A DNA stretch of 64,000 nucleotides from an uncultured delta proteobacterium (GCA_963847445.1 CAWJZV010000017.1:152397-216396), one strand, 5' to 3'. Shown: positions 21,558 to 31,649, counted from the first letter of the stretch. The notes: a model not told the origin generated them from the sequence alone. Made by a program: numbers and translations.

Positions 21558-22010
21558 ATGAATGTTTCACTCGGGCTTGTTGGCGCGCTGGTTCTTGGCT
21601 TGGCCTTGGCAAGAATTGAAATTGCTTTCTGCCAAGAAGCAGAAATCGACAACGCTCCAGCTCCGCTGGAAGAGCTTGCTAAAACTCCGGAGCCGGCGCC
21701 ATCCGAGCAAACCGGCCTGGCGGCCTTCTACCACGCGACCTTTCAGGGGCGCCGCACGGCTAATGGCGAATCCTTCGACCACAATGGGCTGACCGCGGCG
21801 CATAAAACGCTGCCCTTCGGCACCCTCGTGCGGGTGATCAATTTGCGCAATAACAAGAGCGTGATCGTGCGCGTCAACGATCGCGGCCCGCAGCAGCCCG
21901 ATCGGGTGATCGACCTCACGCATCGCGCTGCCAGGATTCTCGGCTTCCTGCAACACGGCATGACGAAAGTTGTCTTAGAGATCCTCCCGTTCGGCGCCAC
22001 CGACAAGTAG
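21558..22010 (+). CDS. rlpA: RlpA-family (DPBB) lytic transglycosylase
   Basis: GRRTANGE, TAAHKTLPFGT, VRVNDRGP, IDL. Confidence 0.85.
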   Translation: MNVSLGLVGALVLGLALARIEIAFCQEAEIDNAPAPLEELAKTPEPAPSEQTGLAAFYHATFQGRRTANGESFDHNGLTAAHKTLPFGTLVRVINLRNNKSVIVRVNDRGPQQPDRVIDLTHRAARILGFLQHGMTKVVLEILPFGATDK

Positions 22011-22064
22011 GCTGCGAGTCATTCATGACACCTGCGAGCAGACGGCTCAGTTCGCTCATTAGAT

Positions 22065-23078
22065 CTATTTGAACGCCGGCATTACTTCTTTGGCGAACAG
22101 GCGCATGGATTTCAAGATTTCCTGATGAGGAATACCGCCGTAATTGAATGTGGTGGTGAGCGTGTCGAAGTAATAGTTCTTGCCGGCGTTGTGAATGCCC
22201 CGGATAACTTGGCCGGGATCGCCGTAGTTATTTCTCCCCGTGGCCAACATCATGTCCCAGTCGTATTCTCCCGGCGCGGCGGTCAATGAACGGCGGCCGA
22301 TGCGCGAAATCTCGTCGTAGCGTGTCACCGCAGCCATGCCGATCTCTTGGGCGCGCGCAGCGTTCTCGTTGACATGGGTGCGCACGTGAAATTGGCAATG
22401 GCGATCTTTGGGATCGATGCCGGCTTCAATCAATCCTTGCTTCCAAGCCGCGACGCCGGGGCCAACTCGTTCCGGCGGATGAGGATGGCCGACGGTCATA
22501 ATGTGATAGCCCTGCCGCCCCGCCCACCCCAATCCCTGCGCTGAAGTGCCGGCGACCCAGATCGGTGGGTGCGGCTGTTGCACCGGCCGCGGATAAAGCG
22601 TCAATTCTTCGAATTGCCAGAACTTGCCCTGATGGCTGGCGCGCTCGTTGGACCAAACTTTCAAAATCACTTCGAGGGCTTCGGCGGCGCGCTCGCGGTC
22701 GTTTTCCCGGGTGACGCCGAAGACGCGGTAATCCATCTCGGTGTTGCCCGAGCCGATGCCAAATTCCAAGCGACCGCCGGAAATCGCGTCGACCATGGCG
22801 TAGTCTTCGGCGGTGTGGAGCGGATGGCGCAGCGGCAGGATGGCGATGCAAGGGCCGAGGCGGATTTTCTTGGTGCGCGCCGCCGCGGTGGCCAACAGCA
22901 CGGCGGGATTCGCCACCAGTCCGCCGTAGCCGAGGAAGTGATGTTCATTGAACATGAAACATTCCCAGCCCAGTTCCTCGGCGAGCTCGATCTGCTGCAG
23001 AATTTGCTGGTAGTAGACATCGTAAGGCGGATCGATGTCCGGGTAGTAGGTCGTGAGGATGTTGATGTAGAAGTGCAC
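22065..23078 (-). CDS. LLM-class flavin-dependent oxidoreductase
   Basis: EHHF, RTKKIRLG, AEDYAMVDAISGGRLEFGIG, PVQQPHPPIW, FAKEVMP. Confidence 0.92.
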   Translation of the reverse strand: MHFYINILTTYYPDIDPPYDVYYQQILQQIELAEELGWECFMFNEHHFLGYGGLVANPAVLLATAAARTKKIRLGPCIAILPLRHPLHTAEDYAMVDAISGGRLEFGIGSGNTEMDYRVFGVTRENDRERAAEALEVILKVWSNERASHQGKFWQFEELTLYPRPVQQPHPPIWVAGTSAQGLGWAGRQGYHIMTVGHPHPPERVGPGVAAWKQGLIEAGIDPKDRHCQFHVRTHVNENAARAQEIGMAAVTRYDEISRIGRRSLTAAPGEYDWDMMLATGRNNYGDPGQVIRGIHNAGKNYYFDTLTTTFNYGGIPHQEILKSMRLFAKEVMPAFK

Positions 23079-23152
23079 GATTGGTCTCCTGCTGATCGTT
23101 ACGCTGTAACACAATCGACCGGAAGCGGTAAAGCTGAATCAAATGGAAGAGG

Positions 23153-23385
23153 TTTCACCACAGAGGGCACGAGCAGAGTCGAAGAATCGGATTCGGAAGA
23201 ATGGCCGCACCCTTCGACGTTGCAGGACGATCGGGCACGCAAAGACACAAGAAGGAATTCGCGAAATGTTCGGGCGGTTTCAAACCTGTCCGTGAAACTC
23301 CAATTCTATGTTGCGCCTTTGCGTGCTTTGCGGCCAATCTTCTTTTCGGATTGCGGCTTCGCTGCGCAGTGTCTCCGTGGTGAAA
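23153..23385. repeat. Composite nested palindromic element
   Basis: Outer TTCACCACAGAG...CTCCGTGGTGAA arms; inner GGCCGCA...TGCGGCC arms; degenerate REP; terminal TTGCGGCTTCGCTGCGCA joined to GT. Confidence 0.7.
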
Positions 23386-23407
23386 TCGGTATTCCGGTCA
23401 AACTGCA

Positions 23408-24383
23408 TCAACGGCTCGCGCTCAGATCGCGGCGGGCTTTTTCGAGGAAGCTGTAGTCGACGATTTGCGGGATCGTGAACGGTTGGGTGACTTTCGAGTC
23501 TTCGCGCACCAAGTCGATCATCAGCTGCATGCCTTCGGGCTTGGCCATCAGGTCGCGGGCCATGCCGCGGTTAAATTGGCGGAGCATCTCGGTGGCGATA
23601 CGCCGGTCGGTGAGCTTCCATTGTTTCATGACGATGGTGATGACTTCGTCGCGGTTGCGCGGCTCTAAAGCGAAATTCAATGCGCGCAGCGCCGCCCGCA
23701 CCATGCCGTAGACTTCGTCAGGGCTTTCTTGAATCCGCTTGATCGAAGCGCCGATGGCGTTCTGGGGAAAATTGACGATATCGCCGACGAACAGCAGTTC
23801 ATTATAGCCGCGGTCGACGGCGAGAATATTTTCCGGCACGCCGAGGAGCGCGGCGTCGACGGCGCCTGATTCCAGCGCGGCCAGGCGGTTTTCTCGCAGC
23901 GGTACGATGGTCACATCGCGGCCCGCCTGAAAGCCCAGATGCTTGAGCGCCGCGTCGGCCATCAGCGTCGCGGTGCCGCCCGGCGTGCTGCCGCCGATCT
24001 TCTTGCCCTTTAACTCTTGTGCCGTACGGATTTCTTTACGCGCAATCAGGGAAATCAACGGGCGATCGACGGCGCAGGCGAGAATCTTGGCCGGGTTGCC
24101 GCGCACGATGCCCTGAATCACTGCCGTTGATGGCGGCGCTGTAGTCGATATCGCCGCGCACGAACGCGGCGTTGACCGCCTGGGTCGCCATGAAAATGGT
24201 TTCCAGGTCGATGCCCTGCTCGCGGTAGAAACCTTTGTGATAGGCGAGATGAAACGGCAGAAAGCCGATGTTGTTGGACTGGATGCCGAGGCGGACTTTT
24301 TTCGCTGTCGGTCTGCGCGCCGAGATGACTCGGCGCGACCCCGATTGCAAGAATTATCAACAGGGAACAGCGGTAACGCTCAT
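23408..24383 (-). CDS. SsuA/THI5-like substrate-binding protein (frameshifted)
   Basis: KGFYREQGID, ELKGKKIG; ORFs 24036-24350 and 23408-24121 join. Confidence 0.85.
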
Positions 24384-24412
24384 TGTTCCTGTCCCGGTGA
24401 ATTATGCCGATC

Positions 24413-25514
24413 TCATAGCGCGTAGAGCGCCCGCGAGTTATCGCTCAAGATTTTCTCCTTGACCGTCGGCGTCAGGTCGCTGCGCTGGCGAAAGATTCTG
24501 ATCGCATCGACATCGCTGGAGATATCGGTGTGGCCGTAGTCGGTGCCGATGACCAGATTATCCTCGCCGGCTTCGCGCACGATGTAGGGAATGTCATCGG
24601 AGTTTTCGCAGGTGACAAACATGCCGTACTCTTTGAGCAAGTTGTCGGGCAACGCTGCGGCCCATGGTTTTGAAACGGTTCTTGGCTTCATGCATCACCC
24701 AGGGCACCCACTGGGCGCTGGCTTCGATGAAGCCGAAGCGCAGCTTGGGAAACTGCTCGTGGATCTCGCTCAGCAGGATATCGTTGAACGACGCCACCGT
24801 CGGCACGCGGAAGCGGTGCAGCGTTGCCGCGATGCGGGTCGGGTGATTGTACAGGTCGTTCAGCCATGGGCTGCCGTTGGCGATGTGAATAGCGATCGCC
24901 ATGTCGAGCTTCTGCGCCTCTTCGTAGACCGGATAGAAATAAGGATCGGCGAGCAAGCGATTGCCTTCCACCGGGCGTAAGCAGACGGCGACGGCGCCGT
25001 TCTCTTTGGACCAGCGGATTTGGTCCAAAGCGTCGGGCATGCTGAGCAGCGGCGGCATGCAAGACCAGCGCAGCCGGCCGTCGCTTTGTTTCCAGATGTC
25101 GGCGAGCCAGCGGTTCCAACTCTTGCACAGCGCGACGTCGGCGGCCGGACGATCGGCGCAGGATTCGATGAAAATGGTGTTGTGCAACACCTGGACATCG
25201 ACACCGGTGGCGTCCATATATTCCAAGCGCAAATCGACGTTGCCGAGTTCGCGGGATGCTTGTTGGTCGGCGAATTTGCGGCCGACCTGCTGTTGGCGTT
25301 TGTCCAGTTCGTCGTCCGAGAACGCAGGGAAACGAAAACCGCGGACTTTACCGTCGATGACCCAGAACTGCTGGCGCACACCGGCCTCTTCGCGGGTCTC
25401 CAGCGGCACCGGTCGATACTGTTCTTCCGACTTGTCCATAAACTCCCACGTCCGTAAGCATTCGACGACGTGGGCATCGGCATCGATGACCAAATTCTTT
25501 TTTGCGCTATCCAT
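24413..25514 (-). CDS. Amidohydrolase_2 family (ACMSD/decarboxylase-like), one frameshift
   Basis: IDADAHV, IH, FIEASAQWVP, IGTDYGH, ILSDN. Confidence 0.85.
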
Positions 25515-25581
25515 GTTTACCTCCGACTCGAACTCAATGGCCTAACACTAATTGACGGGATGAGTAGCTGTCAATCATCGA

Positions 25582-26339
25582 TTACTCGCGGGCGATCTCC
25601 CAGGCGACCACCGATTCGGTCTTGCCTTTGAGTTCCAGCTCTCGGCGCGTCGCCTTGGGAAACTGCCGGGCGACCGGACCGAAGGTTTCTTGGCCCAGCA
25701 ATATTTCACCCGGCGCGGCGGCGCCTTGGAGCCGCGCGGCTACGTTGACAGTATCACCGAGGACCGTATAGTCGGTGAAGTCTTTGCCGCCGACGTTGCC
25801 GACAAACGCCGGGCCGGTGCTAATGCCGATGCCGATCTCGCAGTCGGTCGTTCTCCGGCAATGTGGCAACATCGCGCAGGATTTCCAACGCGGCGGTCAC
25901 GGCGCGTTGTGGATGATCGCGCCAATTCAGCGGCGCGCCGAAGAACGCCATGACTTCGTCGCCCACCAGCTTGTCGAGGGTGCCGTCGTGGCGAAAGATC
26001 GCCTGGGTGGCGATTTCGTAGAAGCGATTGAGCCGCGCCGCCACTGCCGCGGGCTCCATCTGTTCCACCAGCGAGGTGTAGCCACGGATGTCGACGAACA
26101 TGACCGAGATGTTTTTCGTCTCCCCGCCCGGAGGAGCAAGCTCGTATCAGAGGGTACAGAGATGGGGATTCTTGCGCGACGGGCGGATCTGCAGCAACTG
26201 ATAAGGCACGGCGAAGATGCCCAAGAAGGGCACCAGGCATTCCTTGCAGCGCTTGCTCGACGGCAAATGGCGATGCAGTAGACGCGCCATCTTGGTCGTG
26301 CCAACCGTGCGGCGAATCCAGATCAGTAGTTTGTCTCAT
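25582..26339 (-). CDS. Class III adenylate cyclase with N-terminal CxxC...CxxU motif (candidate selenoprotein; frameshift near 25840)
   Basis: One frame reads RCKEC...NPHLCTL-TGA(26147-26149)-YELAPPGGETKNISVMFVDIRGYT; catalytic DKLVGD, DYTVLGDTVNVAAR; alternative in-frame start ATG 26290. Confidence 0.8.
26120..26136 (-). promoter_or_regulatory. Putative bacterial SECIS hairpin of the cyclase
   Basis: CUCCUCC-GGGC-GGGGAG, starting 10 nt after the UGA. Confidence 0.55.
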
Positions 26340-26416
26340 GCGCGGGATTCTACGCTGAAAGCGATGAGGTTGCAGCAGACCTTGTGGCCGGCTTAAATAC
26401 CCGTGAAAATGCGTGT

Positions 26417-26705
26417 TCACCACGAAGGCATGGTTCGACTAGGCTCACCACAGGCTCCGGACACGAAGGGTTCGGGATAAATGTTCCGAGTTTCGTGCTC
26501 CGCGTGTCCTCCTTAGAAAATACACGTGCAGCGATGATCTGCGCATCGATAACGACTCTCTGTTCCGTCATACCGGCGCAGGCCGGTATCCATCCCCTCC
26601 CGCCCCTGGATGCCGGCCTGCGCCGGCATGACGAGTCTAAGGAATGGCTTCCGGTAGTTTCATTATCTGTGGGCGTGCGTAAGATCATGATTCATTTCGT
26701 GGTAA
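26417..26705. repeat. CACGAAG palindrome interrupted by a 186-bp insert that itself contains a GTCAT.CCGGC palindrome
   Basis: Comparison with intact copy 29454-29537; insert 26510-26695; inner palindrome 26566-26633. Confidence 0.75.
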
Positions 26706-26736
26706 GAACTGAATTCCTTGTTATTACACAACTAGG

Positions 26737-27429
26737 TTAGCCCTTGGTGGCGATGCGTTTAAAAAACCCTTCACGCTCCAGCTCGTCCAAGATGCGCTCG
26801 TCGACATACTTGGCGATATTCATGTCGAGTTTGGTTTCCGGATTGCGCTGGGCGAGCATGTCGAGAGCGAGGCGCATGCCTTCATGGGAGACTCGCGGGG
26901 GAGATGAGAAGGACTTGGCGAAATACTGATACGTCTCGTCGACCACGGCGGGGTTTTTCTGCTTCATCCTACTTGTATACATCGCCGTCGACTTCTCCTT
27001 GTTGGCGATGAACTGGTAGGTCGCCTCACTGTAGACCTGCATGAAGCGCTTGACCATATCGCGGTTTTTCTCGATGAAGGAACGGCGCGCGGCGATGACG
27101 TTCATCGGAAACGCCGCGCCTTTCAAGTCGGTCATGTTGGCCAGCGTGGGTAGACCCAGGCGTGCCGCTTCGCCGGTCTCCGGCGGCGCCAGCAGCGTCG
27201 CGTCTAGAGCGCCGCTTGACAGCGCGATCAAACGATTGGCCGCTGAGCCGCTGGCCAGCAGCGTGACCGACTGGCGCGGTATGTTCCATTCTCTTAGCGC
27301 TAACACCAACGATACTTCATGGGCGCCGCCGAAGCTCACCATGCCGACTTTCTTACCGATCAAATCTGCCGGCCGGCGAATATTTTTCTGCGTAACCAAG
27401 CTGAATGGAAATTTATTCAACGACGGCAC
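26737..27429 (-). pseudogene. 5'-truncated SsuA/THI5-like SBP
   Basis: Homology starts at VPSLNKFPFSLV...DLIGKKVG; signal peptide and N-terminal part replaced by repeat element. Confidence 0.75.
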
Positions 27430-27835
27430 AGCGCGGCCGAGCCGCAACCAAAATTTTGAAGTTCTCGCGCAAAGCACGCAAAGGGCGCAAAGGAACGGAA
27501 TAAATAAATACATAGCTTGCGATGTTGGCGTCCTGGGCGCGAGGAGGATCCTAATCCGAGGAGATTCGGCACCGTGCAATTTGACCTCGTCGCAAATTAA
27601 CCACGAAGGCACGAAGGACACGAAGGTTTCGGAAAAGTAATATTCCGAACTTCGTGCTCTTCGTATTACTATCCGTGATAATATTGCGCGGCTTGCGCAA
27701 ATTGTCCGAGCGCCAAATCCAATAGGGCGGGTTTCAAACCCGCCCCTACCAATCCCGATTCCTTTTTGCGCCCCTTGCGTTCTTTGCGGCCATTTTTCAA
27801 TTCGGTTGCGGCGTGCCGCGCTGTCCTTCGTGGTG
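27430..27835. mobile_element. Two inverted copies of a non-autonomous hairpin-terminated element around/within a CACGAAG palindrome
   Basis: Ends AGCGCGGCCGAGCCGCAACC (27430) and GGTTGCGGCGTGCCGCGCT (27822); second copy 27665-27822 splits the palindrome cleanly. Confidence 0.6.
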
Positions 27836-27870
27836 AAAAATTCTTTCGCGATTTGCCTCGACGTTCACCA

Positions 27871-28686
27871 CTAGAAGTACATCCCGGCATCGCTGCTCTT
27901 GCGTGACACCGGAGATAGCACGCCGAACAGCGACTTCATCGCCCAGTTGGCTAGCGATGCGAGGATAAAGATGAACAATAGCAGCGAGTACATATCGGCG
28001 ATGCGGAACTGACCGTAGTACTCGACGATCATGAAGCCCAAGCCGGCTTTGGCGATTTTCGTTTCCGCGAGCAGCGCGCCGGTGACGGCGGCGCCGAGAC
28101 CGATTCTAATACCGGTGAAGACTTGGCCGGCGATGGCCGGGAGATAGACATTTTTGGCGATCTGCACCGGACTGGCGCCGATGGTGCGGGCGACATCGAC
28201 GTAAACCTTTTTCACTTCGCGCATGCCGGCGATGGTCAGCAGCGAAATCGGAAAGAACGCGGCGATGGCGCCGACCGCGAGTTTGGATTGAACGTCGATG
28301 CCGAGAAACAAAATGAACACCGGGAAGATCACGATCTTCGGCACCACGGCGGCGTAGAGAATCAGCGGCTCGACGATCTCCAACCAGCTGCGCTTGCTGC
28401 CCCATAAAATGCCCAGCGGAATGCCGCTGAGGGCGGCGACGGCGATCGCTCCGCCGACTTCATAGAGGCTGGCCTTTAGATGCGGCAGCATGACCGGCGT
28501 GGTGACGTAGATCCACAGCGATTGGAGGATTTCCACGATGGACGGAAAGAGCTCGGGAAACAATAAGCCGCTGCGACCGATGAACTCCCAGATGGCGACC
28601 AGGCCGAGCAGCGTGAGCGCCTGAACGCCAAAGGGCGTGTGAATTGCCGCCGCGAGGGCCGAGGGCTTGGGTTGCGCGTGGGCCAT
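27871..28686 (-). CDS. ABC transporter permease (SsuC/TauC family)
   Basis: TM helices; PKIVIFP; VARTIGAS...YLPA EAA-like loop. Confidence 0.9.
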   Translation of the reverse strand: MAHAQPKPSALAAAIHTPFGVQALTLLGLVAIWEFIGRSGLLFPELFPSIVEILQSLWIYVTTPVMLPHLKASLYEVGGAIAVAALSGIPLGILWGSKRSWLEIVEPLILYAAVVPKIVIFPVFILFLGIDVQSKLAVGAIAAFFPISLLTIAGMREVKKVYVDVARTIGASPVQIAKNVYLPAIAGQVFTGIRIGLGAAVTGALLAETKIAKAGLGFMIVEYYGQFRIADMYSLLLFIFILASLANWAMKSLFGVLSPVSRKSSDAGMYF

Positions 28687-28688
28687 GG

Positions 28689-29435
28689 TTACTTCCTGAA
28701 CCAACGTTCGCAGCGGTTGATTAAATACAGAAACAAAATCGACAGCGAGATGGTGCCGAACAGGCCGGCGTAGACTTCTTCGATTTCGAACTTATACGAC
28801 GCGTCGGACAGCCACATGCCGACGCCGCCGACCTGGGCGACATATTCCAGGCCGAGAACCGATTTCAAAATATAGGTGAGCGCCAAGCGAAAGCCGCTGA
28901 AGATCGTCGGCGCGACGGCGGGGATCAAGATATGGCGGAACATCTGCTGGCGCGACAGATTCATGCTGGCGCCGACCTGCAATAAGATCGGATTGACGTT
29001 TTGAAAAGCGCCTTTGGTATTCATGATGATCGGAATCAAGCCGAAGATCGACGACAGCGCGATCACCGCGGCGCTGGTGCGGCCGAAGGTAACGAGAAAG
29101 ATCGGATAAGCAAGAATGATCGGCGAGGAGAAGAGCGCGGCGAGCGGCATTTCGTAACTGGTGCCGATGAGCTTGTAGCGCCAGAGCAAGAAGCCGGCAA
29201 GGACGCCGAAGATCGTGGCGATGACCAGACAGGCGGCGATCTCGAAAAGCGTGATGCCGGTGAGCGCGAGCGCGTTGCCGTGCAACAGTTGCTGCCAGAG
29301 CACGATGACCGCGCGCGTCGGCGCGGCGAGAAAGAACGTGCTGATCCAGCCGCCGCGCACCGCGGTTTCGACGAGCAAGAGCGCGCCGAAGATGATGCCC
29401 AGCCGCCAGGCGGTGAGTCTCGTGCTTTCAGACAT
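28689..29435 (-). CDS. ABC transporter permease (SsuC/TauC family)
   Basis: TM helices; GASMNLSRQQMFRHILIPA. Confidence 0.9.
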   Translation of the reverse strand: MSESTRLTAWRLGIIFGALLLVETAVRGGWISTFFLAAPTRAVIVLWQQLLHGNALALTGITLFEIAACLVIATIFGVLAGFLLWRYKLIGTSYEMPLAALFSSPIILAYPIFLVTFGRTSAAVIALSSIFGLIPIIMNTKGAFQNVNPILLQVGASMNLSRQQMFRHILIPAVAPTIFSGFRLALTYILKSVLGLEYVAQVGGVGMWLSDASYKFEIEEVYAGLFGTISLSILFLYLINRCERWFRK

Positions 29436-29453
29436 GATGCGGAATTCATGATA

Positions 29454-29537
29454 CTCACCACGAAGATCACGAAGGACACGAAGGTTTCGGATGGTTAAAT
29501 TTCCGAACTTCGTGCTCTTCGTGTCCTTCGTGGTGAG
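29454..29537. repeat. Intact CACGAAG x3 / CTTCGTG x3 palindrome with TTCGGA...TCCGAA core
   Basis: Long imperfect inverted repeat between SBP and permease genes. Confidence 0.9.
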
Positions 29538-29569
29538 CATGGGTATTTCGTCTTTGCTGCTTGTCGTTC

Positions 29570-30574
29570 CTACGGCAGGAAGCTCAGGTCGACTAGGGCG
29601 TTGAGCTCCGCCGGCGTCAGCGGCGCGTTTAAAAATTTATTTCTGATGCCGTCGTCGATGATCGTTTGCAGGCCGCGGATCGGTTTCAAATTCATCGCCG
29701 CCCGGTTGTAGAAGTCCCAGGTGGCGAGCACGGCGGATTCGGGAAATTTTAGTTCAGCGCGGCGAATCCATATCTTGGCGGTATCCTCTTTATTCGCGAA
29801 CATGTAGTCGAGGGCGCGCTGCTGGGCGCGGAAGAATCCGCGCACGGCGTCGGGATTTTTCGCGGCAAAATCGTTGTTGGTAAAATGCACCCGAGCCGAC
29901 TGGTCGCGCATCGATACGATCTCATCGCCTTTGACGACGACGCGCAGCTCGCCTTTCTCGACGCGGTCCAACTGGAACGGCGCCACCGACCAGGCGGCGT
30001 CGGTCTGACCGGTGCGCAGAGCCGTATAGACTTCTGGGATGCCGCCGAGCGAAACCGGCTCGGCGGGTTTCAATCCCTTCGCCTTGATCTGATCCGCGAT
30101 TCCCAAGACCGCCATGTGGCTCGAAGCGCCGGGACGGCTGTAGGCGACTTTCTTACCCGCGAGATCTTCGAGCTTGCGCATCGGCGTGTTCGCCTGCACG
30201 TACCAGAAGGCGTCCATGCCGGTGATCTCAGCGGCGGCGATTTTGACCGGCGCCTTTTTGACGAATGCGCTGATCACCGCCAAGGTGCCGGTGCCGAGGC
30301 CGATCTGCGCGTCGCCGGAGACCACCGCTTGGACGTTTTCACCGCCACCGCGGGTAAACACGGCGTCGACGTCGAGATTGGCGTCGCGGTAAAAGCCTTT
30401 TTCCTGGGCGATGTAGACCGGCAGGGCGACGGTGAAAAGAATCCGATGGGGCACGACGACGATGATTTTCGTGCGCGCGGCCGCCGCCCAGGCGGAGGAC
30501 GCGGCGGTGACGACGAAGAAAGCCGCGCCCGCCAAGACGAGCCATTTGCTGAACTGCGATAAATATTTGTTCAT
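29570..30574 (-). CDS. ABC transporter substrate-binding protein (SsuA/THI5-like), cognate to adjacent permeases
   Basis: KGFYRDANLDV, DLAGKKVAYS; operon context. Confidence 0.9.
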   Translation of the reverse strand: MNKYLSQFSKWLVLAGAAFFVVTAASSAWAAAARTKIIVVVPHRILFTVALPVYIAQEKGFYRDANLDVDAVFTRGGGENVQAVVSGDAQIGLGTGTLAVISAFVKKAPVKIAAAEITGMDAFWYVQANTPMRKLEDLAGKKVAYSRPGASSHMAVLGIADQIKAKGLKPAEPVSLGGIPEVYTALRTGQTDAAWSVAPFQLDRVEKGELRVVVKGDEIVSMRDQSARVHFTNNDFAAKNPDAVRGFFRAQQRALDYMFANKEDTAKIWIRRAELKFPESAVLATWDFYNRAAMNLKPIRGLQTIIDDGIRNKFLNAPLTPAELNALVDLSFLP

Positions 30575-30586
30575 GGCTGATTCTCC

Positions 30587-31382
30587 TTAAATGTTTTGCT
30601 GTTTGAAACTCTTGATCGATTCTTCTCTGAGCGCGTTCCAGACCTGCGCGACCAATTTGCCGAAGCGGTCCGAAGCGATGATCGACGAGTCGCGCGGCTG
30701 CGGCAAGTCGATGGCGACGATCTCTTTCACCCGCCCCGGCCGCGCGGTCATGATCATGACCCGGTCGGAGAGCTGCACCGACTCGTTGATATTGTGGGTT
30801 ACCAAAATAATCGTTTGCTTCAACTGATCGCGAATGCGCATGAGCTCTTCGCCGAGAATGATGCGCGTCTGCTCGTCGAGGGCACCGAAGGGTTCGTCCA
30901 TCAGCAGGATCTTGGGCTCGAGCACCAGCGCGCGGGCGATGGCGACGCGCTGCTTCATGCCGCCGGAAAGTTCCGACGGATAGCGCTCGTCAAATCCCGA
31001 CAAGCCGACCAGACCGATCATTTCCTTGGCCTTGCGCCGCCGCTCGTCCGGCGCAACGCCGCGCATCTCCAGACCGAACTCGACGTTGCCCAACGTCGTG
31101 CGCCAGGGAAACGTCGATTCTTCCTGGAATACCATGCCGACCCAAGGATGCGGCCCGGTGACTCTTCTCCGTGCCGACGGACAATTCACCGGAAGTTGCC
31201 GGAATCAAGCCGCCGATGATGCGCAGCAGCGTCGACTTGCCGCAACCCGAAGGCCCGATGATCGAAAAAAACTCGCCCGACTGCACATCGAGAGACACAT
31301 TGTCCACCGCCGGCACCAACGCCGTCCCGTTGTCGGGATCGCCGAAGACTTTGTTGACGTTGCGCAGGGTTAAGATCGTCAT
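30587..31382 (-). CDS. ABC transporter ATP-binding protein (SsuB/TauB family), one frameshift
   Basis: GPSGCGKST, LSGGMKQR, LLMDEPF, VTH. Confidence 0.92.
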
Positions 31383-31566
31383 GAATGAGTTTTAAATTGG
31401 TGTGTTGCTTCGTAGCCGCAAAACTGGCCTCCGAGGTAAGGTGGCTTAAAATAGGCGGAAAGTGGGGGGCGTCAAGGAGAAACGAGAGGCGTGTGAGAGG
31501 CGGATAGGGATAAAGATTAGTCAAGTATAAGCCAGCTATTGGTCAAGCGGGGCCGAGTCGCAAACC

Positions 31567-31649
31567 CAGCCCGCCGATGATTCTGAGTAATGTCGACTTG
31601 CCGCACCCGGACGGCATTGATAGATCGAAGAGAATTCGCCAGTTTGGAC
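31567..31649 (-). pseudogene. Relic of an ABC ATPase Walker A region
   Basis: VQTGEFSSI...PSGCGKSTLLRIIGGL; peptide matches the neighbouring ATPase, codons differ. Confidence 0.65.

Noticed and set aside
22569-23456. Long antisense/overlapping ORFs (also 35244-36179, 38321-39244, 48373-49731)
   Set aside because: Shadow ORFs opposite well-supported genes, expected in high-GC DNA
26350-27890. Short ORFs 26350-26688, 26384-26740 and 27669-27890 as transposases
   Set aside because: They are translations of the non-coding palindromic repeats, with no HUH or DDE motifs
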